A DNA stretch of 64,000 bases, from the NCBI RefSeq assembly GCF_009914755.1, contig NC_060931.1. One strand, 5' to 3'. The first letter of the stretch is position 1, and each line of letters opens with the position of its first letter. Positions 39,248 to 51,769 of this stretch are shown here, piece by piece. Source of the stretch: the human T2T-CHM13v2.0 reference genome, Homo sapiens. A program made the translations under genes and the position numbers. The notes beneath the pieces were generated by a model. The model had not been told where the DNA came from, did not search any database, and saw only the letters and a program-made list of their open reading frames with translations.

Positions 39248-39484
39248 ATGTTGGTGCATTTTTTGAAGAAGGGATGTGGCTACGATATAACTTTCAGGCA
39301 CCAGCAACAAATGCCAGAGACTCCAGCAGCAGAGTAGACAACGCTCCCGACCAGCAGAACTCCCACCCGGACCTGGCACAGGAGGAGATCCGCTTCAGCT
39401 TCAGCACCACCAAGGCGCCCTGCATTCTCCTCTACATCAGCTCCTTCACCACAGACTTCTTGGCAGTCCTCGTCAAACCCACTG
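39248..39484 (+). CDS. CNTNAP2: CNTNAP2 internal coding exon (exon 19 of canonical transcript, 237 bp, phase 1-1); start of the last laminin-G domain
   Basis: Polypyrimidine tract plus CAG acceptor (AG 39246-47) and G|GTAAGG donor (39485). Translation (D)[78 protein letters not shown](G) matches human CASPR2 as I recall it. Exon number is from memory. Confidence 0.97.
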
Positions 39485-39802
39485 GTAAGGACAAGGATAC
39501 CCAGCCTCTGCCATTTAACATTTGGGCAGACAGAATGTTCTAGCAAGAGTCTATAGATTGTTCTTGGTTTGTTATTTATTCCCCATAGGCTTTTTTAAGC
39601 AAGTCACATAACTTCTTTGAACCCCATTTCTCTCCATGAATATCAGGAAAACAACTTGCCAGCTGGGTGTGTTAGAGCAAGGTGTTAGAGTAATAATGTT
39701 GGTGAGGCATGTTGCGTTCTTTACAAGAATGCTGTTGCATGAATAAGAGATATGTTTGCATGTGTAATGATTATTTTTTCTCCCTACTAAATAAACACAT
39801 TT

Positions 39803-40100
39803 GGCTGGACACTGTGGCTCACGCCTGTAATCCCAGCACTTTGGGAGGCCAAGGTGGGCGGATCACTTGAGCTCAAGAATTTGAGACCAGCCTGGCCAAT
39901 ATGGCGAAACCCCATCTCTACAAAAAATACAAAAATTAGCTGGGTGTGATGGCACATGCCTGTAGTCCCAGCTACTCAGGAGGCCAAGATGGGAGGATCA
40001 CTTGAGCCCAAGATGTCAAGGCTTATAGTGAGCCATGATCGTGCCACTGCACTCCAGGCTGGGCAACAGAGTGAGACCCTGTCTCAAAAGAAAAAAAAGA
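39803..40100 (+). mobile_element. Alu (Jb/old S)
   Basis: Full dimer with A tail. Confidence 0.93.
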
Positions 40101-40351
40101 CTAATAAGAAAGACTAATAAAACATAAATACATTCACTAAATGTGCTAAACAGAGATGGGCTTTGAATGAGTAAAATTAATTTTACATAAATTAATTTTA
40201 TCCTGATTTATGATAGTATACCAGTAGGTTGTTACAGAACATCTGAACTTTCAATAGGAGTAGAAAATCAGAAATGTCTTCATTCCCAATCCTCTCAGAA
40301 CTTTAAATTCACAAAGTGTATCCCTGTCATAAAGGTTGCTTAAAGCAGGAG

Positions 40352-40649
40352 TTTATTTTAATTTTTTTTGAAACAGGGTCTTGCTTTGTTGCCCAGGCTT
40401 GAGTACAGTAGCAGGATCACAGCTCACTTCAGCCCTAACCTCTCAGGCTCAAGCGATCCTCCCACCTCAGCCTCCCAAGTAGCCGGGATCACAGGCACAT
40501 ACCACCACTCCCAGCTAATTTTTTTAATTATTTGTAGAGTTGGGGGTCTCACGATGTTGCCAGGCCTGGTCTTGAACTCCTGGACTCAAGCGATCCTCCT
40601 GCCTTGGCCAAAGTGCTGGGATGACAGGCATGAGCCACCATGCCCGGCC
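40352..40649 (-). mobile_element. AluJ
   Basis: Full dimer; TSD-like caggRgtKtatttt. Confidence 0.92.
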
Positions 40650-40839
40650 CAGGGGTGTATTTTTACTTGTAATATCCTGGGCCATCTTGGTCGTCAAACA
40701 CACATTAAGCCAGAGAGGATCTGAGTGCACCTAAAATTGGCATCCTGAGGAGAATATGCAAATGGGCTTGTGACCCTTCAGCAGTGACCTCTGAGAGACA
40801 TCTAAGAAGCCCTGGAGTGTACAAACTTGCTGAACTTGA

Positions 40840-41200
<361 letters not shown>

Positions 41201-41373
41201 CTAAGATCACTTTTTTAATGAATAAAAATATTTTAAGAGCATGCAGGAACAAATCTCTCTAACTCACTTCCCATTGGAGCCGAAAATATGGAGACTCTCT
41301 CTCCCACTGCCCATTGTTTCCTGCCCTTCAGTGATTATTCCACTGTTATGGCATCTTAAAGAGCAAGAATTTT

Positions 41374-41845
41374 GGCTGGGCACTGTGGCTCATGCCTGTA
41401 ATCCCAGCACTATGGAAGGCTGAGGCAGGAGGATTGCTTGAGACCAGTAGTTCAAGATTAGCCTAGGCGACATAGCAAGACACCATTTCTACCAAAAATA
41501 ATTTAAAAATTAACTGGGCATGAAGGTGCACACTTGTGGTCTCAGCTGCTCAAAAGGCTGAGGCAGGATGATTGCTTGAGGCCAGTAGTTCAAGACTAGC
41601 CTGGGCAACATAGCAAGACTCCATCTCTACCAAAAATAATTTTAAAATTAACTGGGCATGGTGAGGCACACCTGTGGTCCTAGCTACTAGAAGGCTGAGG
41701 GGGGAGGATCGCTGGAGCCCAGAAGTTGCTGGAGCCCAGAAGTGCAAGGCTGCAGTGAGCTATGATCACGCCACTGTACTCCAGCCTGTATAACAGAGCA
41801 AGACCCTGTCTCTAAAATAAAATAATTTAAAAAAAAAGAAAAAAG
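41374..41845 (+). mobile_element. AluJ with an internal 137-138 bp tandem duplication (trimeric)
   Basis: Three monomers; repeat units start at 41416, 41554 and 41691. Confidence 0.92.
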
Positions 41846-41927
41846 GAGATCAAGATTTTTCCCATGGGAGCTAGAACTGTTATTACTAACTTAATTCAGC
41901 TTGAGTTTTAAAAAAACAGTAAATTAA

Positions 41928-42363
<436 letters not shown>

Positions 42364-43169
42364 AACATCATAATGTTAACTATGAAAATAAAAATTGAAA
42401 AGAATCTGAAAGTTCAACTTTTAGTAAAATAGTAAAAGAGGGAGTTGCCATTTTATGGAATATTATGTATCTATTAAAATATTTATGAATCGTGATTAAT
42501 GATATGGGGAAATTTTATGTATGTTAAACCAAAAAAACATGAACAAGATCCAGCCTTGAATGTGAAATATTAGCTCCATAAAAAATATAGGGATAGAAAA
42601 AAAAAAGCAATAATGTGAACACAAAAGTGTTTGGTTGGATTGTGGATGATTTTTTTTTCTCCTGAGCAGTACTTTTGTATGCATGTCAAATGCTTTAATC
42701 AGAAAGATGAAAACAGTAAGTAAAATCAGAAAGTGAGGATGAAAGAGAGAGAAGTATGGAGCCCCTGGTCTTCAGGAGTTCATCAGTTTATTTCTCCTGG
42801 ATCAGGGTCAATAGGTTTTTTTGACCCACTGATGTTCACTACCCACATGGACCAGCCTCCCACTGGGCAGATAAGAACCTTGGGTTTCTTCTCAGGTCCC
42901 TCCCCAGGAGGAGGGCTCTCACCCAGAGACTGTCAAGAAGTTGGTGAACACATTCCCACACATACTTTTATTGTCTGCTCCTCGAGTCACTGCCACACTA
43001 GATTTGGTCCTCAACTGTATTCGCTACCTCACATGCCCACTGCTACACACCCACCGCTGCTGTGCCTTCATCACCTGCCACTGCTGTGCCCTCATGCCTG
43101 TGTGAGGACTTTCATTGTCTGCAAGGGCGTTGATCAATGGATTCTGTATTAATGGCCACCATTTAATGA

Positions 43170-43390
43170 AGCTCACTTTGTGCCCAAAGCCATCCTGAAT
43201 GGTGCCATGCATTAATTCCCATGAGCTGCACAACTCTATGAAGTAGATACTATTATTATTTCCTTTCTACTGATGGCAACACATGAGTGCATGGAGGTTG
43301 AGTGCCTTGCACACTCAGAGGATGTTGGGCCAGGCTGGGGTTTCTCAGCCTGGGTGTCCGATTCCAGACCCAAAGCTCCCCACCGGCTGT
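43170..43390 (-). mobile_element. MIR SINE
   Basis: cacaactctatgaagtagatactattattatt...gaggttgagtgccttgc. Confidence 0.7.
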
Positions 43391-44176
43391 ACTCTCCAGG
43401 GCAGGCATCTCTGGAACTCTCAGTGTTCTTGGAAGGCAAAGCTGGGTGGGTTCTGTCTCACTGTTACAAGACTATCCTCAAACTGCTGGTGAAAATTCAG
43501 CTTTTTCAGACTTCAAATACAACATGTTTTTATTATTTGAAGTTTAAAGTTAGAAAAAAAAGGAAATCATTAGGAAAAAACATCAGTAAGGTCTACGCCA
43601 AAGTATCAGGAAAAAGCTACTAGAAAGTCTCCACTAAACACCCTGGCATCACTCACATTTCACATATCGAAAGCTCTGCTCACTGTCCTCCAGAACCAGC
43701 TGCCCCCAGCACCACCACTGCCCCTCAGACACTTGTGTTCCCAAGGTCAGTGTCACTCACCAGTGCTCCGTTCTTCCCTGCTTTTGTGGGTCACCCAGGC
43801 AAACAAGTCCTGTGAATTGAACTCATGGTGTCCTTTTCCTCCCCACCACTACTCTCTGAGGCAAATATCTTTTAATTCCCAGTAGTGTTTACGTCATGGT
43901 GTCCATAGAAAATTATTATATTTGAATGGTACCAGGGTAAATGGATGAGGTCATGTTTTGGAGGCCACCTGCCCAGTGACTCCAGCTGCCATCCCCTTCT
44001 TCATGTCTGCCACGGTGTGAGGGGAGCCTTGCTCCTGGTACCCCATCACCCATCTGTAGGACAGCCGTGGGCTTCAGCTTGTTGGCTGGGAAATTCTCTC
44101 CCAATCCATCTCTCTGCTTCCAGATTCTCCCCCTCACCCTTTTTCACCACAGCCAGCACCGCCTGCCTTTATAGGG

Positions 44177-44688
44177 TGTCTTATTTTCTGTTGCTTGTAA
44201 CAGAATACGTGAAACTGGGTAATTTATAAAGAAAAGGAATTTATTTCTTATAGTTATGGAGGCTAAGAAGTCTGAGGCCAAAGGGCCAAACCTGGTGAGG
44301 GCCTTATTACTGGTGGGAACTCTCTGCAGTTCTGAGACAGTGCAGGGCATGACATGGCGAGGTTAAGCTGCCAGCTCAGGCCTCTCTTCCTCTTCTTATA
44401 GACAGTCCCACTCCCATGAGAACCTGTTAATCCATTAACCCATTAATCCATGAATCTATGAATGGATCATTCCATGAATCGATGAATGGATCATTCCATG
44501 AATCGATGAATGGATCATTCCATGAATCTATGAATGGATCATTCCATGAATCTATGAATGGATCATTCCATTCATGAGGACAGAGTCCTCATGATCCAAT
44601 CACCTCTTAAAGGGCTCACCTCTCAATATACCCATATTAGGGATTAAGTTTCAACCTGAGTTTTGGAGGGGATATTCACACCATAGCA
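44177..44688 (-). mobile_element. MST (MSTB-type) solo LTR
   Basis: tgtctta...ccatagca; perfect TSD TAGGG. Confidence 0.92.
44447..44571 (+). repeat. 24-bp minisatellite (tccatgaatcKatgaatggatcat) x5.2
   Basis: Five near-identical units differing only by T/G (order T,G,G,T,T). Confidence 0.97.
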
Positions 44689-44819
44689 TAGGGATATTGC
44701 TTAAAAGGGATCTTGTATAATGTCTTTATTAAACACTCAGTGGTGCCCCACTCCAGCAAAACCAGGAGAGACTCCTCAGTGCCACAAACTTTTAAGTTTG
44801 AGACCCACCAAGCTCATGG

Positions 44820-45000
44820 GTGAGATGGTGGCCTGTAGAGCTGGACCGTCTGGGTTTGAGGTCGGCTTTGCCTTTTGTCAGTTGTCTTGGGCAATCAGTT
44901 GGCAGCTCCATGCCTCTGTTTGCTCATCCATAAAATAGTGTCTCCCTCACAGGAGTGTTGTGAAACTCAAATGACAATATGCATGTGTCAACAGTTATTA
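44820..45000 (+). mobile_element. MIR SINE
   Basis: cttgggcaa...tgcctctgtttgctcatccataaaat...gttgtgaaactcaaatga. Confidence 0.72.
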
Positions 45001-46649
45001 TTTCCCAGGTCCACGGATTCAATCTACATTCTAACACATATTCAGCAACCCCTACTCTTCGTTTTGAGAAACTCATTACCCCTCAAGCACTCTGTGGTCA
45101 TATGTGCACCTGACTTTATGCCTGCAATACTCCCTTACCTAGAAATGCCCCAACTTCCTCTCTAGCCAGACACCTGCCTTTCATTCTAGGCTGAGATCAA
45201 GTCCCACCTCCTTTTGACGACTTCTCCTTGCTTTAAACTCCTATTCCACTTACTTTCAATGTCATTTGTTTGGCATTTAATGTACTGTATTGTTATCTGT
45301 CTCTGTGATAAATATGCCCTGTCTTCCCAGAGAGATGAAAAGCTCCCAGCACTACATCTCCTGCCTACGATCAGTACCCTGTAAGTGTGTGCTGATGATA
45401 ATGATGATGACCAGGAGAGAATAAATCTGTTAAGCATGTTATTTGCTGCATCCAATAAAAGAGCAGTCCCTTATAACTGCTTTAATTCACTTGGGAGATG
45501 AACATGAGACACAGAAGTGAAGCACCTCAGCATTTGAATAATGTTTTATTTTAATGGACAAATACTAGCATTCTTCCTACCATCATTTAGCGGTCCTCTT
45601 CTGCTGTTATCTGAAAGGAATAAATACATCATTTAAATTGGATTATTCAAGAATATCACCATTACTGTTTATAGATAGTCACTATATATAAATTTAAAGT
45701 TCCAACTCATCTTTCTTTCTCAAAGCCAATAATTTCTGCTGCCATTAAGTGAAGCAGTTATAGGAATTTAAAATCATATTTACAAAGTCCAAGAAGGACA
45801 GAAAAGAAAAAAAAGAGAAAACAATGCTGATTTTAATAGAGCTGAGGAACATAAAGGGGCCAGTGACAAAGTGACAGCAGAGAGGAAAATGTCCAGCGTT
45901 TTGCATAATTGCCGGTTCCTCCGACCTCTAGGCCTCTGTGTGTTTGTATCCTCAGAGCCACACACATATTGCCTGACCCATGCCAGGGGATGGGCATGGC
46001 TGTATGTGTTATAAGTGGACTCTACACTTGTAACCAGGCAGAAAGCCTATTTTCAGACCTTTAAAAAAAAAAAGCTGTGCTTTGCACAGGAACTAAATAT
46101 ATGTGTTCTGAAGAAATGAATAAGAGATGAATCAAGGCAGCTGTATATTTAAGAAAACTGGCTGGGATGATATGATGTCAGAGCACCAGAAATAAGGCAG
46201 AGAGTAAAAACCTAAGACAATCAACGTGTTTTTTCTGCGTGTTGCCAAACAACTGCCTGATCATCTCCGTCATTCCCAAACAATGGACTATTTTAATGCT
46301 ATTGGGTAAAGGAAAAACCGAGTAAACACTGAGGGGTGGAGAGAGAAGCAGCTCAAGAAGTAGGAGCAGCATATTCAAAGGCCCTGAGGTAGGAGGAGAT
46401 CGTATTTTCTAGGGAATAAGAGAAGTTCGTGGTAGTTTGAATGTAAAAAGTGACAGTGAGTGGTATGACTTGAAAATAAAGTAGCAGGAGGAATGCACAT
46501 CAGACAGGGCATTGCAACCGCTATTTGGAAAGTACATCTTTATTCTGTAAAGAATTGGAAGGCTTTGAAGGATTTTAAATGACCCAATAAAATAATCAGT
46601 TACACATTTTGAAAACATGGGGAAGAAGACGGTACAGAAGCAGGGAGAC

Positions 46650-47023
46650 TGTATTCATCTGTTCTCACGCTGCTATGAAGAAATACCTGAGACTGGGCAA
46701 TTTATAAACGAAAGATTTTCATTGACTCGCAGTTCCGCATGGCTGGGGAGGCCTCAGGAAACTTACAGTAATGGTGGAAGGGGAAGCAAGCACGTCCTTC
46801 TTCACATGGCGGCAGGAGGGAGAAGTGCAGAGCAAAGGAGGGAAAGGCCCCTTATAAAACCATCCGATCTCATCACAACTCAGTCACTATCATGAGAACA
46901 GCACAGAGGTAACCACCCTCATGATTCAGTTACCTCCCACTGGGTCCCTCCCATGGCACATGGGGATTATGGGAACTACAATTTAAGATGACATTTGGAT
47001 AGGGACACAGCCAAACCATATCA
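46650..47023 (-). mobile_element. THE1 MaLR solo LTR
   Basis: tgtattcatc...acagccaaaccatatca; perfect TSD GAGAC. Confidence 0.95.
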
Positions 47024-47028
47024 GAGAC

Positions 47029-49720
47029 CATTCAGTCATTTATTCAACAAATATTTATTCCACTCCTACTGTGCATCAGGCACTATTCTAGACATTGGGA
47101 ATAGTCATAAAGAATAGAAACAAAAATTCTTGCTCTCATGGAGCTTATCTTTGAATAGGAGAAGACAGACAATAAACAAATTGGTACAATCTATAGTATG
47201 TTGTGTGCTAAGAACTGTTATGGGGAAAATATGAGGCAGAAAAGGGAGGGCCTGGCCAAGGGGAAGGAGAGGGTAAATTCCACTTTTAATGAGGAAGTCA
47301 CAGAAATGATCACTGAGAAGAGGACATGAGAGCAAAGACCTGAAGGAGTGAGGGCATAGCCATGCAGAGACCTGGGGAATGAGCATCCTGAACAGAAGAA
47401 CCGGTGACTGCAAAGGCCCTTGGGTAGGAACAGGAAGCCAATGTGGATGGTGAGGAGTGAGCAAGGAGGAGAGTAACAGGAGGTTAGGTCAGCAATAATG
47501 AGGAGATCATATGGGGCCTGGTGAGCCATTGCAAGAAGTTTGATTTTTACTCTGAGACGGGGAGTTACTGGGATTTTGAGCAGAGGATCACTCTGACCAC
47601 CGTGTGGTGAGGACACTGTGTATCTCAGGGTCAGAGGCCCAGTGGGATCAGGGAAGGTTGGAGAAAGGACAAAAGCTAGTATAATCCCAGCAAAAGACAC
47701 TGGTGGCTTGGTCCAGGGGGTAGAGATGGAGATGGCGACAAGTGGTAAGATTCAGGGCATATTTTGAAGATCAAGCCAAGAAGACTTGGTGTCAGATGAC
47801 ACATGTCATATAGGAGAAAGAGGACAGTCAAGGCTTTTGGCAAGAATAACTGGAAGGATGAATTGGCAATTCACTGAAATGTGGAAAACTGCAATGGAAT
47901 ACTTTTGGGGAGAGAAGATGGATGTTCTGTTGCATATGTTATGTTTGGGGTTGCCAGTAAGATATCTGAGGGAAAATATCAAGTAGACAGTTTGTGAAAG
48001 AGTCTCCTCAATGCCACTGTGTCTCCTCAAATGAATGTGCTGAAAAGTTATTTAACTCACTCTTAGTAAGAAACTACTCCTAGAATTTATTCATTAATTT
48101 TCAAATGATAATTTCACACTTCTTGACTGGAATATCATTTTGAAGATTGCTGATAAGTACAGGTGTTTCTGTAGCTTATTAATAAAAATATGCTATTATT
48201 AAAAAAAAAGAGTCTGGAGTTCAAGAGAGAAGTCTGACTAGGGTATGAATGTGGTGTCTGATGGGCATACACCTTATTCAAAGGTCCTACATAGGATAGG
48301 ATTGTTGGAGTAGGTAGGTAGACACACGAGCAGGGCAGAAGAGGGTGCCCCCTCCCACCAACCACCAAGAATGTCAGACAACCATCAGGTGATGGTCAGG
48401 CAGTTGCTAAACTGTCTCTCTCTAAAATGATAATTGGCTGCAGCTGGCACCAAGGAACGACCGTCTCCCAATAGATAGAAAACATCTGGAGCTGGTGATC
48501 AGCAGCTTCCCAGTCAGATCTCAGGAGTTGGGCAAGCGGGCCCAAGCATGCACACTAAGAGGCAAAATGATGGAGTTTAACGGGTATATGACCTTCCTCT
48601 AGGAACACTCAACTGGAAAGGGGAAAAAAAATGCCTCAAATGAGCATGCGCACTACTTCAGTAAACACCTGTGCATGCAGCCCCTCCCACGTGCTCGCAG
48701 GCCACTGCGCATGCAGACAGCCCGCCCCAAGGGAAGAATCAGGGGAGAAGAAACCAAACCCCAGAACTATGCCAATGTATAAAACCCCAAATCAAGGGCC
48801 AAACAGGGCACTTGGATCTCTCAAGTCGCCCGCTTGGCCCTCTTCCAAGTGCACTTCCTTTCTAAAACTTTTTAATAAACTTTCACTCCTGCTCTACTAA
48901 AACTTGCCGCAGTCTCTCCCTCTGCCTTAAACCTACTTCTGCCCCTCAAGCCGCATTCTTTCCTCTGAGGAGGCAAGGATCAAGTTTGCTGCAGACCCTT
49001 TGGGATTTTCCTTCAGTAACAGGATCACCATGGAAACAGGCCTGAATACAAAAGAGAATATGCTTCAGGGCTGGTCTTTGGGGACTGCAAGAGTAAGGTG
49101 CCCCAAAACGAGGGGAAAAACAGGTAGAGAAGGAAAACCGAAAGAGTGTGTGCTGGAAGCCAAGTGTTCCCGGGAGGTGAATGAATTCTGTGCCGAGTGA
49201 AGATGAGGCCTGAGAGGGACAATTGCCTCTACTTCCCCAAGGGTCACGGGCCCAGCAAGAGACCGTGGAGCAGGGAAGACAGAAGTGAGACAGAGGGCTC
49301 ATGCTAAAATAGGGACGGGTTTGGAGGCAGCAAGTGTACCCATCTCTTTTCATGGGGTTCGGAGCAAAGAAAAGCAAAGGATAAGAGGCCTCACTTGAGA
49401 GTGAAATGAGGTCAAGAGCAGTAATTTTTAAAGAGGAGGCTGACTAAGACCCACCATCTTCTGCAATCCAGGCAGAAGATGGTGCAGGTAAAGCACAGGT
49501 GAGGATGAACCAGGAGCTCTGTGTGGAGCTGCCTCAGCCAGGGAGCAGGCTCCCTCTGGAATTCACACAAGGACACTGTGGGTGCCAACAGAAAGCCTGT
49601 GGTTACCGAAGTGGAAAAGAGTGAGGGAATTTAGATAGATTTAGGAGACGAAAATCCAATCCACGGTGCTTAGTTGAAATGCCAGGGGCAAAGGAGTCTA
49701 GGATGACATTCTAAGGTAAA
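47029..49720 (-). mobile_element. Long L2 relic (3' end at about 47029), interrupted by MER50
   Basis: cattcagtcatttattcaacaaatatttatt...caggcactattctag...; continues at 48190-48300 and after 49021. Confidence 0.8.
48303..49021 (+). mobile_element. MER50 (ERV1) solo LTR
   Basis: tgttggagtaggtagg...gagcagggcag...gtaaca; TSD GGAT; TATAAAA at 48778; AATAAA at 48874. Confidence 0.88.
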
Positions 49721-49866
49721 ACTCAGAAATAGTGAAGGTTTGTTGAATTTCGTTTAGAAAACAAAAATAGGAAATGTAATTAGCTCTTGATTATTCTAAC
49801 AAATGTTCCTTTGAAATCCAGGAACATGGCAAGTGTAATGTTAGGATGCCTAAATAAGGAAGAGCA

Positions 49867-49870
<4 letters not shown>

Positions 49871-49921
<51 letters not shown>
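49871..49921 (+). repeat. (GT)25 microsatellite
   Basis: Direct reading. Confidence 0.98.
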
Positions 49922-49925
<4 letters not shown>

Positions 49926-50527
49926 TCTGGAAGGAGCTACTCCCAAGATGTTTAGAAAAATTATCTTTGGGTGGTGGGATTTCAGGTGACTTTCTTTTAT
50001 TTTTTTTCTGTTTACTTTCTATGTTTTAATTAGCATGTTTTATTTTGTAACTTAAAATCAGAATATCAGTTTTGTTCCCCTAAAAAGGAAATGAAAGGTG
50101 ACAAATAATCCATTAGGTGATTTGCAGTTGGTCAAATTCTTGCTAGATTGCTGGCTCCATTTTTAAGCTCTGAGATATCAACATGAAAATTCCAATTTGA
50201 GTAACAAATGAGATAAAATATTGATGTCTTTAAAACTCATAACTAAGATATAATATTTATGCTTGCAGATTAACTAAAAGCAGGATCTACATTGTCATAT
50301 TAGTTATTTTCAATATTGTTTTTTATTGTTGGGACGAAGCAAGGAGGAAAAAAAGAATATACTGTTGAGGCAAAGTGAACTATCACTGAGGGCAAAAAGG
50401 GACTCAGGGGACCAGGGAAAGCCATCTTTCCTGTTGATTTGCATTTGATTAGTCTGTAAGCTAAAATAAAATTTATTACTTGGTCTCAATGAGGCCACCC
50501 AAAATCTCATCTTTAAGAACTATGTTT

Positions 50528-50830
50528 GGCCAGGAGCGTCGGCTCACGCCTGTAATCCCAGCACTTTGGGAGGCTGAGGCTGGCAGATGACGAGGTCCGG
50601 AGATCGAGATCATCCTGGCTAATACGGTGAAACCCCGTCTCTACTAAAAATACCAAAAAAAAAATTAGCCCAGCGTGGTAGCGTGCGCCTGTAGTCCCAG
50701 CTCTGGGGATGCTGAGACAGGAGAATGGCGTGAACCCGGGAGGCGGAGCTTACAGTGAGCCGAGATCGCGCCACTGAACTCCAGCCTGGGCGACAGAGCG
50801 AGACTCTGTTTCAAAAAAAAAAAAAAAAAA
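50528..50830 (+). mobile_element. AluY
   Basis: atcctggctaatacggtg and gagaatggcgtgaacccggg diagnostics; TSD aaRaactatgttt. Confidence 0.95.
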
Positions 50831-51231
50831 AAACTATGTTTATTTTTAATATTGTATGCTCATGATTCTTTTATATGCCCAATGTCACACTTTGCTGACG
50901 GGGTGAGAACATCCCTGCACTCTGCATTTATTTTTTTATTTCACATAGTGTTTCGTGGGACCTGCAGATGTCTCCTCCCTGCAGTCCTATATTGTATATG
51001 CTCTCATTCTTTGTGTCCAGGCATAATCCCATCTTGGATCATTTAAACTATTTGCATCTTCAACTTTGAGACGACAGTCACTGAAGTTCACTGTGGGCAG
51101 ATTGTAAATATGTGCGAGCCTGGTGCTGTCAGCCAATATGGGTCAGTAGGCCTCTGAGCTCGTGAATCCAAATTCAAATATTGAATGTTATCTGTGGACA
51201 TCAAGGGAGGGAGTAAAGTTTAACAGAAATT

Positions 51232-51552
<321 letters not shown>

Positions 51553-51635
51553 CTAAGAGCAGGAATTGAGGGGATGTGACATTAAAATGAAATTTAGGGC
51601 AAACAAATTACTGAGCTTTCTTTTTTCTTCTATAG

Positions 51636-51769
51636 GAAGCTTACAGATTCGATACAACCTGGGTGGCACCCGAGAGCCATACAATATTGACGTAGACCAC
51701 AGGAACATGGCCAATGGACAGCCCCACAGTGTCAACATCACCCGCCACGAGAAGACCATCTTTCTCAAG
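51636..51769 (+). CDS. CNTNAP2: CNTNAP2 internal coding exon (exon 20, 134 bp, phase 1-0); laminin-G domain
   Basis: tttcttttttcttctatag acceptor and AAG|GTATAC donor. Continues in frame from the previous exon: (G)[44 protein letters not shown]. Confidence 0.97.

Noticed and set aside
39400-39420. REST/RE1-like TTCAGCACCAC in exon 19
   Set aside because: Only the left half matches; GGACAG is absent and the sequence is explained by the codons FSTT.
39274-39543. ORF read as a standalone 89-aa gene
   Set aside because: It is CNTNAP2 exon 19 plus intron read-through; the antisense ORF 39280-39546 is its shadow.
44447-44571. CRISPR-like array
   Set aside because: No unique spacers; a eukaryotic tandem minisatellite.
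47105-47700. 119-aa and 160-aa minus-strand ORFs
   Set aside because: They lie within a decayed L2.
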